Shown here piece by piece: positions 45,923 to 54,833 of a stretch of DNA of 64,000 nucleotides. The stretch is from Candidatus Latescibacterota bacterium. Lineage in GTDB: Bacteria; Latescibacterota; UBA2968; UBA8231. The notes beneath the pieces are model-generated. The model was not told the origin of the DNA and ran no database searches. It was given only the letters and a program-made list of their open reading frames with translations. The DNA lies in assembly GCA_965221775.1 (NCBI GenBank), contig CBDCSU010000004.1, positions 608,001 through 672,000 of the forward strand, read 5' to 3'. The first letter of the stretch is position 1; each line of letters opens with the position of its first letter. Position numbers and translations under genes: made by a program.

Positions 45923-46184
45923 GTACCAGGTCCTCTACTGGCGGGACATCCCCGCCCAGGTCCGCGTCTTCGGCGGCCGGCGGCCCCTCTCCCGGCCCCT
46001 GCCCGACCGCTTCCAGCAGGCGATCGACCGCGTCGCCATGCGCGACGGTCTCGCCGGCACCGACGACTACCTGGCCCAGTGGCAGTGGACCGAGAAGCGC
46101 ACCGGCGACGGCGAGCCGGAGGAGTTGCTCGGCCGCCTCATCGAGGAGCTGGCAGCCGAGTACGACGCCGCCAACCCCGGCTGA
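45915..46184 (+). CDS. 'Virulence factor' family small protein (YWRDIP motif)
   Basis: YWRDIPAQV...RFQQAIDRVAM...YLAQW. Confidence 0.8.
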   Translation: MAEYQVLYWRDIPAQVRVFGGRRPLSRPLPDRFQQAIDRVAMRDGLAGTDDYLAQWQWTEKRTGDGEPEELLGRLIEELAAEYDAANPG

Positions 46185-46187
46185 GCC

Positions 46188-48134
46188 GTGGCCTCCACCT
46201 ACCCCAAGAGCTACGAGACGATCGTCGTCGGCGGCGGCCACGCCGGCACCGAGGCGGCCCTGGCGGCGGCGCGCATGGGCGCCGAGACGCTGCTGGTGAC
46301 GATGAACCTCGACACCATCGGCCAGATGTCGTGCAACCCCGCCATCGGCGGCATCGGCAAGGGCCACATGGTCAAGGAGATCGACGCCCTCGGCGGCCAG
46401 ATGGGCGTCAACACCGACCTCGCCGGCATCCAGTTCCGGCGCCTCAACACGCGCCGGGGCCCGGCGGTGCGCGCCACCCGCGCCCAGTGCGACAAGAAGG
46501 CCTACCAGCTCGAGCTGAAATACGCCTGCGAGGCCCAGCCCCGCCTCGACGTACGCCAGGGCATGATGGAGAGCCTGCGGGTGGAGGACGGCGCCATGCG
46601 CGGCATCGGCGTCAAGGGGGGGATCGTCTACTCCGGGCGCACCGTCATCCTGACGACGGGGACCTTCCTGCGCGGCAAGATCCACGTGGGCGACTTCCGG
46701 TACGCCGCCGGCCGCGCCGGCGAGGGCTCGGCCGACCGCGCCGCCGAGGGGCTCGCGGGTCTGGGGTTCCGGATCGGCCGCCTGAAGACGGGCACGCCGC
46801 CGCGCGTCAACGGCAGGACCATCGACTTCTCCGCCCTGGAGCCGCAGCCGGGGGACGAGCCGCCGCCCACCTTCTCCTGCCGCACCGAGGGCCCCGTCCT
46901 GCGCCAGATCCCCTGCTGGATCACGTACACCCACGCCGGGACCCACCAGCTGATCCGCGACAATCTCGAGCGCTCGGCGATGTACTCGGGCCGCATCGAG
47001 GGGGTCGGTCCGCGTTACTGCCCTTCCATCGAGGACAAGGTGGTGCGCTTCGCCGACCGCGACCGGCACCAGATCTTCGTCGAGCCCGAGGGCCTGCGCA
47101 CTCACGAGCACTACATCAACGGCCTCTCCATGAGCCTGCCCGAGGAGGTGCAGCTGCCCGTCCTGCGCTCCCTGCCCGGCCTCGAGCGGGCCGAGATGAT
47201 GCGCCCCGCCTACGCCGTCGAGTACGACTACGCGGAGCCCACCCAGCTCTACCCCACCCTGGAGACCAAGCGGGTGCGGGGGCTGTTCTTCGCCGGGCAG
47301 ATCAACGGCACCACCGGCTACGAGGAGGCCGGCGCCCAGGGGCTGATGGCGGGGATCAACGCCGTCCTCAAGTCCCGCGGCGAGGACGGCTTCGTCCTCG
47401 ACCGTTCCCAGGCGTACATCGGCGTGCTCATCGACGACCTGGTGACCAAGGGGACGACGGAGCCCTACCGCATCTTCACGTCGCGGGCGGAGTACCGCCT
47501 GCTGCTGCGCGAGGACAACGCCGACGAACGCCTCACGGAGCACGGCCGCCGCTTCGGCATCGTCGACGACGAGAGCTGGCGGAAGTACGAGATCAAGCGC
47601 GACAGCATCGCCGCCGAGATGGAGCGCCTGGAGTCGCAGCGCCTGCCCCTGGGGGAGGGCCTCGACGAGCTGCTGCGGCAGCGGCAGACGGCGCCGGTGC
47701 GCCAGCCTCCCCTGCTGCGCGACCTGCTGCGGCGGCCGGAGCTGCGCTATGCCGACATCGCCGCCCTGGCGCCCCCCCGGCGGCCGCTGACGCCGGAGGC
47801 GGGGGAGTGCGTGGAGGCGCGGGTCAAGTACGCGGGCTACGTCGACCGTCAGGCCGAGGAGGTGGAGCGGCTGCGGCGCATGGAGACGCTGCGCATCCCG
47901 GAGGACTTCGACTACGACGAGGAGGCGCGCCAGCTCTCCTCGGAGGCGCGCCAGAAGCTCGGGCGCGTGCGGCCCCGCTCCCTGGGGCAGGCGTCGCGCA
48001 TCTCGGGCGTCTCCCCCGCCGACGTGTCGTCGCTGATGGTGCTCCTCAAGGCGCGGCGGGGGCGGCGGGCGGCGGCGGCTCCGGCCTCTTCACCTTCCGA
48101 ACCCGCGAGTCCTCGGTCAGCAGCCAGCGGTTGA
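46188..48134 (+). CDS. mnmG: tRNA uridine-5-carboxymethylaminomethyl modification enzyme MnmG (GidA)
   Basis: [51 protein letters not shown]. Confidence 0.97.
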   Translation: MASTYPKSYETIVVGGGHAGTEAALAAARMGAETLLVTMNLDTIGQMSCNPAIGGIGKGHMVKEIDALGGQMGVNTDLAGIQFRRLNTRRGPAVRATRAQCDKKAYQLELKYACEAQPRLDVRQGMMESLRVEDGAMRGIGVKGGIVYSGRTVILTTGTFLRGKIHVGDFRYAAGRAGEGSADRAAEGLAGLGFRIGRLKTGTPPRVNGRTIDFSALEPQPGDEPPPTFSCRTEGPVLRQIPCWITYTHAGTHQLIRDNLERSAMYSGRIEGVGPRYCPSIEDKVVRFADRDRHQIFVEPEGLRTHEHYINGLSMSLPEEVQLPVLRSLPGLERAEMMRPAYAVEYDYAEPTQLYPTLETKRVRGLFFAGQINGTTGYEEAGAQGLMAGINAVLKSRGEDGFVLDRSQAYIGVLIDDLVTKGTTEPYRIFTSRAEYRLLLREDNADERLTEHGRRFGIVDDESWRKYEIKRDSIAAEMERLESQRLPLGEGLDELLRQRQTAPVRQPPLLRDLLRRPELRYADIAALAPPRRPLTPEAGECVEARVKYAGYVDRQAEEVERLRRMETLRIPEDFDYDEEARQLSSEARQKLGRVRPRSLGQASRISGVSPADVSSLMVLLKARRGRRAAAAPASSPSEPASPRSAASG

Positions 48135-49200
48135 TGGCGCCGTCGCCGTGCAGGTCGGCGGCCTCCTCGACCCAGGCCTCGTACCCGTGCTCCGCCGCCG
48201 CGATCCCCGGCGGCCAGTGGAAGCCGTCCATCGTCCGGGGCGCGAGTCCGAGGCTCTCGGGCACGGCGGCATAGGCCAGCCCCTTGCGGGCGCGGACCCG
48301 CTGCCGCCAGTAGATCTCCCGCAGCAGGCGGATCGCCGCGTCCTCGGGCGGCAGCTCGAAGTCGCCGCCGGCGGCCCCGGGGCCGACCACCTCGTGGGCG
48401 AAACGCACGTAGCCCCACTGCTCCGGGAAGTGCATGTTGATCAGGCCCTGGGGCGACCACACCCAGTTGTCCTCGCGCTCGCCGGGGACCTTCACGTAGC
48501 CCTGCCCGTCCTCGGCGGCCACGACCCGCCACTGCACGCGGGAGAAGTTGATCCGCCAGATGTGGCCGTCCTCGGGGGGCACGGCGGTGCGGCTGGGACG
48601 GCGCAGCCCCTCCCAGGGGAAGGCGATCTCCACCGACCAGCCCTCGTCCTCGTCGCCGGGGTCGTTGATCGTGCCGTAGACCCGGACCCCCGTGCGCAGG
48701 CCGGGAATGTCCCAGGCGTGGACCGGGGGCCCGCCGTCGCGGTAGGGCCGCACCAGCAGCAGGTCCCACTCGGTGCCGAAGGCGTTGACCTCGTACTCGT
48801 AGTAGTTGTGGGTGTCCCAGTCGGGGTCGACGAAGACCTCGAAGTCGTTGTCGTGGAAGATGACGGCGTCGCGCTGGGTGAGGGTGGCCCAGACATGGGG
48901 CTCCTCGAGGAAGGCGGCGACGTAGAAGTGCTCGTCGTCCCACAGCATCCTGGCCCGGGTCTGCAGCCGCGGCGCCGCCTTGAGGTCGCCCTCGATGTCG
49001 ACGAAGAGCTGCGTCCAGGGGGCGTGCTGCCAGGAGGGCTCGTCGAGGGAGCCGTCGACGACGACCGCCCCGGAGGCGCGGAAGGCGGTATAGCGCCGCG
49101 GCTCGATACCCGCCAGGTGCTCCGGGTCCCACGGCGCCCCGAGGGCCGCCGCAGCCACGGCCGGAGCGATCAGCAGAGCGCGAAAACCACCGATGGCCAC
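48046..49200 (-). CDS. Carbohydrate-binding family 9-like secreted protein
   Basis: [49 protein letters not shown]. Confidence 0.8.
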   Translation of the reverse strand: MAIGGFRALLIAPAVAAAALGAPWDPEHLAGIEPRRYTAFRASGAVVVDGSLDEPSWQHAPWTQLFVDIEGDLKAAPRLQTRARMLWDDEHFYVAAFLEEPHVWATLTQRDAVIFHDNDFEVFVDPDWDTHNYYEYEVNAFGTEWDLLLVRPYRDGGPPVHAWDIPGLRTGVRVYGTINDPGDEDEGWSVEIAFPWEGLRRPSRTAVPPEDGHIWRINFSRVQWRVVAAEDGQGYVKVPGEREDNWVWSPQGLINMHFPEQWGYVRFAHEVVGPGAAGGDFELPPEDAAIRLLREIYWRQRVRARKGLAYAAVPESLGLAPRTMDGFHWPPGIAAAEHGYEAWVEEAADLHGDGAINRWLLTEDSRVRKVKRPEPPPPAAPAAP

Positions 49201-49342
49201 CTCGTCTATCTCCAGTCTGCGCCGTCACTTGGCCCCGATCTTCACTTGCGGGGAACGGGCGCCGCCCCCTATACTACGCGTTTTCGCCTACCCCCCTCAA
49301 CGAAGGCGCCCACGCGTCTCACGCCACCCCAGGGCAGACCGC

Positions 49343-49990
49343 GTGCAGTTGATCCTCCTCGGGGCCCCCGGCTCCGGCAAGGGCACCCAGGCCCGCCGGC
49401 TGGAGCAAGCCTACGGGGTCGTCCACATCTCCACCGGCGACATGCTGCGCGACGCCGTGGCCGAGGGCACCGAGCTCGGCGGCCTGATCGAGGACCGCCT
49501 GCGGCGCGGCCACCTGGTCCCCGATGCCCACGTCCTGGCGCTGGTGGCGGCACGTCTCGGCCGGGGCGACCTGCACCGCGGCTTCGCCATCGACGGCTAT
49601 CCCCGCACGCGGCGGCAGGTGGACGACTTCGAGAAGCTGATGCAGGGCCTCGGACTCGGCACCGACGCCGCTCTGAACATCGCCGTGCCCGACGAGATCG
49701 TCGTCGAGCGCCTCTCCAGCCGCCGCATCGACCCCGAGACCGGCCGCGTCTACAACCTCGCCCTCGAGGCCCAGCCGCCGCCCGAGATCGCCGGCCGCCT
49801 GGCCCGCCGCAACGACGACCGCCCCGAGATCATCCGCCAGCGCCTCGCCACCTACCACGCCGAGACCCGGCCCGTCATCGAGCACTACCGGCGCACCGGG
49901 CAGCTCATCGAGGTCGAAGGCGCCCGCCCCCCCTCCGAGGTCTTCGGCGACATCCGCCAGGGGCTGGAGGCGGCCGTGCAGAGCCGCTGA
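49343..49990 (+). CDS. adk: Adenylate kinase
   Basis: GAPGSGKGT, STGDMLR, DGYPRT, RNDD; promoter-like TTGCGG-18-TATACT at 49246-49275. Confidence 0.93.
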   Translation: MQLILLGAPGSGKGTQARRLEQAYGVVHISTGDMLRDAVAEGTELGGLIEDRLRRGHLVPDAHVLALVAARLGRGDLHRGFAIDGYPRTRRQVDDFEKLMQGLGLGTDAALNIAVPDEIVVERLSSRRIDPETGRVYNLALEAQPPPEIAGRLARRNDDRPEIIRQRLATYHAETRPVIEHYRRTGQLIEVEGARPPSEVFGDIRQGLEAAVQSR

Positions 49991-49992
49991 TC

Positions 49993-50325
49993 TTGTCCGG
50001 CACCGACCGCATCTCCCTCTACAAGAGCGGCCTGGCCAAGTACGCCGGCCAGGACTTCGCCGGCGCCCGGGCCGACTTCGAGCAGGCCCTCCGGCTCGAC
50101 CCGGAGTTCGCCGACGTCCACCACTCCCTGGCCCACGTCCTCGAGAAGCTGGGAGACCTGGACGGCGCCCTGGCCAGCGCCCTGCGGGCGGTGGAGCTGT
50201 CCCCGGACGAGGTTCTGGCCCACACGTCGCTCTCCATCATCTACATGCGCAAGGGCATGATCCCGGAAGCCGAAGCCGAGAAGGCCCTGGCCGACGAGCT
50301 GCAGCGCCGCCAGGACGGGGCCTGA
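49993..50325 (+). CDS. Tetratricopeptide repeat protein
   Basis: TTG start 2 bp after adk; A...F..AL..DP and A.....AV.L.P TPR patterns. Confidence 0.8.
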   Translation: MSGTDRISLYKSGLAKYAGQDFAGARADFEQALRLDPEFADVHHSLAHVLEKLGDLDGALASALRAVELSPDEVLAHTSLSIIYMRKGMIPEAEAEKALADELQRRQDGA

Positions 50326-50347
50326 GCCTCCTCCTCCCCGCGCTGCC

Positions 50348-51454
50348 ATGGCCACGGCCGCCGGCCCGAAGGCCCCCGCCCCAGCCGCCGCACCCGAGCC
50401 AGAGCCCGCCTTCCACATCGGCCCCTACCCCCTGCGCCCCCTGCGTCCGGGCATGCCGGTGCTGGCCCTGGCGCCGCTGGCCGGCGTCGGCAACTGGGTC
50501 TTTCGGCTGATCTGCGCCCGTCTCGGGGCGCGCCTGGTGGGCGTGGAGTTCATCAACTGCCGCATCGTGCACCAGTCCGGCATCCGCGTGCAGCGCCTCC
50601 TCGACTTCTCCGACGCCGACGTGTACCGGCGCACGGGGATCAGCCTGCTGGCGGCGCAGATCTACGGCAACGACATCGGCCTCATGGCCGACGGCGCCCG
50701 CCAGCTGGAGCGGCGCGGCGCCCAGGTGGTGGACATCAACTTCGGCTGCTCGGTGCCGCAGATCGTGCGCAAGGGCAGCTGCGCCGCCTTCCTGCGCGAC
50801 CTGCCCCGGTTCTACGAGGCGGTGGCGGCCACGGTGGAGGCGGTGAGCGTGCCGGTCATGGTCAAGACCCGCATCGGCTGGGACGACGACACCATCAACG
50901 TCGTCGAGATCGTCCGCCAGGCCCAGGCCGCCGGGGCCCGGGCGATCGCCATCCACGCCCGCACGGTGATGCAGAAGTACGACGGCCAGGCCCGCTGGGA
51001 GTGGCTGGGGCGCGCATGCGAGGAGGCCGAGGTGCCCGTTTTCGGCAACGGCGACGTGCGCAGCTACGAGGACGCCCTGGCCATGGTCGAGCGCACCGGC
51101 TGCGACGCGGTCATGATCGGCCGGGCGGCGATGGCCAACCCGTGGATCTTCTCGGCCCGGCGCGGCGCCAACCTGGCGGAGCGGATCGAGCTGGCCGCCG
51201 ACCAGGTGCGCTGGATGGCGCAGTACAAGGGCGAGCACGTGGGCGTCAAGGAGACGAGAAAGCACCTCGCCCTCTACTTCCGCGACCTGCACCGGGACTC
51301 CCCCGAGCGCCTGCGCCTGCTGACCACCGAGTCCCTCGGCGAGCTGCTGGACTTCCTGGAGAGCTGGAGCCAGGCCCTCGACGGGGACCCGGAGCGGGAC
51401 CTCGCCCTCAGCGCCTCCGAGGCGAACCGCCTGGCCTGGAGCGGCACCGGATGA
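50348..51454 (+). CDS. tRNA-dihydrouridine synthase family protein
   Basis: LAPLAG, QIYG, DINFGC, VKTRIGW, IHART, NGDV, MIGR. Confidence 0.88.
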   Translation: MATAAGPKAPAPAAAPEPEPAFHIGPYPLRPLRPGMPVLALAPLAGVGNWVFRLICARLGARLVGVEFINCRIVHQSGIRVQRLLDFSDADVYRRTGISLLAAQIYGNDIGLMADGARQLERRGAQVVDINFGCSVPQIVRKGSCAAFLRDLPRFYEAVAATVEAVSVPVMVKTRIGWDDDTINVVEIVRQAQAAGARAIAIHARTVMQKYDGQARWEWLGRACEEAEVPVFGNGDVRSYEDALAMVERTGCDAVMIGRAAMANPWIFSARRGANLAERIELAADQVRWMAQYKGEHVGVKETRKHLALYFRDLHRDSPERLRLLTTESLGELLDFLESWSQALDGDPERDLALSASEANRLAWSGTG

Positions 51455-51500
51455 GGCCGGAGGCAGCAACACCCCCACCGAACCAAGGAGAGAGCAGACC

Positions 51501-52400
51501 ATGACCGACAAGCTGGCACGCGGGATCCTGCCCGCCCTGTGCACCGCCTTCGACGACGACGGCGCCCACCCCGACGACGACCGCCAGCGGGTCCTGCTGC
51601 GCGCCCTCCTCGAGGCCGGCTCGCAGGGCTTCTTCGTATGCGGCGGCACCGGCGAGGGCCGCGCCATGTCGGTGCCGGAACGCAGGCAGGTGGCCGAGGT
51701 GGTGGCCGCCGAGGTCGCCGGCCAGGTGCCCCTGATCCTGCAGGTCGGCGCCTGTCCCACGGCGGACGCCGTCGAGCTGGCCCGCCACGCGGCCGGGGTG
51801 CCGGGCATCGACGCCGTCGCCTCGGTGGCGCCCGTGGACCGCCCGAACGACCTCGCCGCCGCCGAGGAGCACTACGCCGCCATCGGCGCCGCCACCGACC
51901 TGCCCTTCTACGTCTACTGGCTGGCCCGCGAAGCCGACCAGGCGGCCACGGCGGACCGCTTCCTGGAGGCCATGGAGCGGGTGCCCCGTTTCGCCGGGAT
52001 CAAGTTCACCGACTACAACCTCTTCCTCTTCGGCCAGCTCATCGAGCTCACCGGGGGGCGCATCAACGCCATCAGCGGCCCCGACGAGATGTGCCTGCCC
52101 GCCATGTGCATGGGCGCCGACGCGGCGATCGGCACGACCTACAACGTCATGCCGCGGATCTTCCTGGAGATGCGCCGCGCCTTCGACGCCGGCGACCTCG
52201 ACACCGCCCGCCGCTGCCAGCGCCACGCCAACCGGGTCATCCGCATCCTCATGGGAGCCGAGGTCATGGCGGCGGTGAAGGCGGTCCTCGGATGGCGGGG
52301 CACGTCCGCGGGCCCGCCCCGGGTGGTGGATCCCCTCGACGCGGAAGGAGAGGCGCGGCTGCGGCGGCAGCTGGAGGCGCTGGACTTCGAGGTGGCTTGA
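51501..52400 (+). CDS. DapA/NanA-family class I aldolase (N-acetylneuraminate lyase-like)
   Basis: GGTGE, catalytic Tyr in FYVY, Schiff-base Lys in GIKFT, GPDE, IGTTYN. Confidence 0.85.
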   Translation: MTDKLARGILPALCTAFDDDGAHPDDDRQRVLLRALLEAGSQGFFVCGGTGEGRAMSVPERRQVAEVVAAEVAGQVPLILQVGACPTADAVELARHAAGVPGIDAVASVAPVDRPNDLAAAEEHYAAIGAATDLPFYVYWLAREADQAATADRFLEAMERVPRFAGIKFTDYNLFLFGQLIELTGGRINAISGPDEMCLPAMCMGADAAIGTTYNVMPRIFLEMRRAFDAGDLDTARRCQRHANRVIRILMGAEVMAAVKAVLGWRGTSAGPPRVVDPLDAEGEARLRRQLEALDFEVA

Positions 52401-52432
52401 GGGTTCTGGGGCCCGGTGCCTGAAGCCCCGGG

Positions 52433-53518
52433 CTACCGGCGGCGCTCGCGAGCCGGCCGTCTTCGCCGCGGAGGGCCGCCGTCTCCCAGCTCTCCCCGGC
52501 GCCAGGCGGCGATGTAGGCGGCGCAGTGCTCGTCCCGGCCCATCAGTACGTCATCGGCCAGCCGGTAGGGGCGCGAGCCGCGGTCGAGGGCGAAGACCTT
52601 GTCGGGGCGGCTGGTCACCGGATCGATGATGCCGCTGTCGGCGCCGGCCTCGACTGCCAGGACCATGAAGACGTCGTTGATCCACTTGCGGCTCGGGATG
52701 CCGAAGGAGACGTTGCTCATCCCCCCGGTGATGTGAATCTCGGGGCCGTACTTGTGGCGCAGAGCGGCGATCGCCTCGAAGCTGTGCCGTCCGAAGCGGC
52801 CGTCCACCGAGATCGGGAAGATCAGCGGGTCGATGTAGATGTCGCCGGCGGCGATCCCCTTCTCGAAGGCGGCGTCGACCATGCGGGAGGCATTGGCGAT
52901 GCGCTCTTCGGCGCTCTCGGGCATCCCGGACTCGCCGGCGGCGGTGACGATGACGTGGGCGTCGTGCTCGACGGCCAGATCGAGGGCATCGAGGCGTTCG
53001 AGTGAGGCCGAGTTGAGCATCGGCCGCCCCTTCGACCCGTCCCACGCCCGCAGGCCGACGGAGATCGTCTCCGCATTGGAGGAATCGACGGAGACCGGGA
53101 TGTCGGTCAGGCCCTGCACCGTCGTCACGAGCCAGGCCATGGCCTGCTTCTGCTCCTCGAGCTTCAGCGAGATCTCATCGACGTTGAGATCGAGGAAGTC
53201 GGCGCCCGCCTGTTCCTGGCGCTGAACCATCCGTCTCAGGTAATGCATGCCCTCGGCGGCGGACTCCCGGTCGCCGCCCATCGCCGCCTGCACGGCGATC
53301 TTGACGTGCTTGACGCGGCCTTCCTCGAAGTCCTGGGTGCCCTCCACCGCTTCCGGAATGACCAGCTGGCGCCCCTCGCCGTCGACCGAGCGGTAGCGCA
53401 CCGCCTGGCGGCCGTCGGCGGTGGTCGTGACGAGCTTGCCGCGGCGCATCACCACCCGCGTGGTGTGGATGTTCTCGCCGATGATGACGAAATCGAGATC
53501 GGGGTTCTTCAGCTTCAT
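52433..53518 (-). CDS. Pterin-binding methyltetrahydrofolate:corrinoid methyltransferase (AcsE / MetH folate domain-like)
   Basis: IIGENI, DFLDLN, SVDSS, LNS, YIDPL, GGMSNVSFG; ATG 53518. Confidence 0.85.
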   Translation of the reverse strand: MKLKNPDLDFVIIGENIHTTRVVMRRGKLVTTTADGRQAVRYRSVDGEGRQLVIPEAVEGTQDFEEGRVKHVKIAVQAAMGGDRESAAEGMHYLRRMVQRQEQAGADFLDLNVDEISLKLEEQKQAMAWLVTTVQGLTDIPVSVDSSNAETISVGLRAWDGSKGRPMLNSASLERLDALDLAVEHDAHVIVTAAGESGMPESAEERIANASRMVDAAFEKGIAAGDIYIDPLIFPISVDGRFGRHSFEAIAALRHKYGPEIHITGGMSNVSFGIPSRKWINDVFMVLAVEAGADSGIIDPVTSRPDKVFALDRGSRPYRLADDVLMGRDEHCAAYIAAWRRGELGDGGPPRRRRPARERRR

Positions 53519-53665
53519 GGCAGGTGCTCTCTCCCAGCCTGTCGAATCTAAGCTGGAAACCACCTGCGCGCCTGCCGATGGCTGGCCCTGGAGGCCTGCA
53601 GCGCGTGCTGGAGCAGCAGGTGACCGGAGCCCCGAGGCGCAGGCGCCATGGGCGCCAACCTGCTG

Positions 53666-54712
53666 TCACCCCACCCGGTAGCGCTCCACCACCTCCAGGT
53701 CCAGCTTCACCCCCAGGCCGGGCCCGCCGGGCACCGTGAAGTGGCCCTCGGCCAGCTCCAGGCTGCCGCCGAGGACGTCCGCCTCGCGCACGAAGGGCAG
53801 CTCGTCGCAGGGCAGGGTGGCGTTGGGGATCGTCGCCTGCACGTGCACCGAGTAGGCGGCGAGCACGCCGAGACAGACGCCGCCCATCTGCACCCACACG
53901 GGAACGTTGCCGGCGGCGGCCACGGCGGCGGCGGCCCTCACCTCCCGGGCCCGCCCGCCGAGGGTGAGGTAGTCGACGCACTCGGCCTTGAGAGCCGCCA
54001 GCACGTCGGCGCCGCGGCAGGGGCGGCGGCCCTGGGGCACGCCGATGTGCATGGCCACGGGGATGTGGGTCTTCTTCCGCAGCAGGCGCCAGGAATCGAG
54101 GTTCTCCTTGGGGATGGGGTCCTCGAAGTTGGCCACCGTGCCGAAGGGCTCCAGCTCCGCCGCGAGACGGGCGGCCGTGTGCACGTGGCCGAAGCTTGTG
54201 TTGGGGTCGACGCCGACGGTGTACCCGGGACCCGCCGCCGCCTTCATGAGGCGGACGGTCTCGACGATGTTGTGAGTCCTCGCCTTGAGCTTGTGGTTGG
54301 TGAACCCCAGGCGGCGGCCAGCCTCGGCCTCGGCGGCGGTATCGGCGGCCGGCATGGCCGAGGACCAGTAGGAGACCGGCACCCGGTCCCGCACCCGGGG
54401 GCCGAAGAACCGCCACACGGGCCAACCGAGGGCCTGGCCCTGCAGGTCGAGGAAGGCGCACTCGAAGAGATCCTCCTGGGTGAAGGGGTCCACGGCCAGG
54501 GGGTCCTGCCCGACGAAGGCGGCGGCCTGCGCCTCCAGGCGGGCGCGGGCCTCCTGCGACAGGGTGTAGACCGCTGACTCGCCGATCCCCTCCAGGCCCT
54601 CGTCGGTGCGCACCCGGCAGAGCGTGATGTCGTAGATCTTCGGGTTGAGCCGGGCGATCGCCGCGATGGGCGGGATCTCCACGTGGTACAGGTCGACGCC
54701 GGTCACTCTCAT
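53666..54712 (-). CDS. Enolase superfamily (mandelate racemase/muconate lactonising-like) enzyme
   Basis: TDEGLEGIGE, KLK, VDPN, FEDP, PGLGV. Confidence 0.87.
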   Translation of the reverse strand: MRVTGVDLYHVEIPPIAAIARLNPKIYDITLCRVRTDEGLEGIGESAVYTLSQEARARLEAQAAAFVGQDPLAVDPFTQEDLFECAFLDLQGQALGWPVWRFFGPRVRDRVPVSYWSSAMPAADTAAEAEAGRRLGFTNHKLKARTHNIVETVRLMKAAAGPGYTVGVDPNTSFGHVHTAARLAAELEPFGTVANFEDPIPKENLDSWRLLRKKTHIPVAMHIGVPQGRRPCRGADVLAALKAECVDYLTLGGRAREVRAAAAVAAAGNVPVWVQMGGVCLGVLAAYSVHVQATIPNATLPCDELPFVREADVLGGSLELAEGHFTVPGGPGLGVKLDLEVVERYRVG

Positions 54713-54833
54713 CCGCTTGCCCTCCTGCCGGCCAAGTTACCGCCTCTCCTTGCGTGCCGCGAGACGCCGGGCTTGAATCAGCCTCCCTCGCCGGCCCGCC
54801 GACGGCGCCGGCCGAATCCCGGGAAGCCCGCCC

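Noticed and set aside
52433-53518. folP (dihydropteroate synthase)
   Set aside because: It lacks the FolP NxTPDSF and SRK motifs and has the SNVSFG motif of methyltransferase pterin domains
53519-53665. Riboswitch ahead of the pterin-binding methyltransferase (CAGCAGGT...ACCTGCTG inverted repeat)
   Set aside because: A hairpin is possible, but no recognisable cobalamin, SAH or THF aptamer consensus is present; it is more likely a terminator-like stem after the enolase gene
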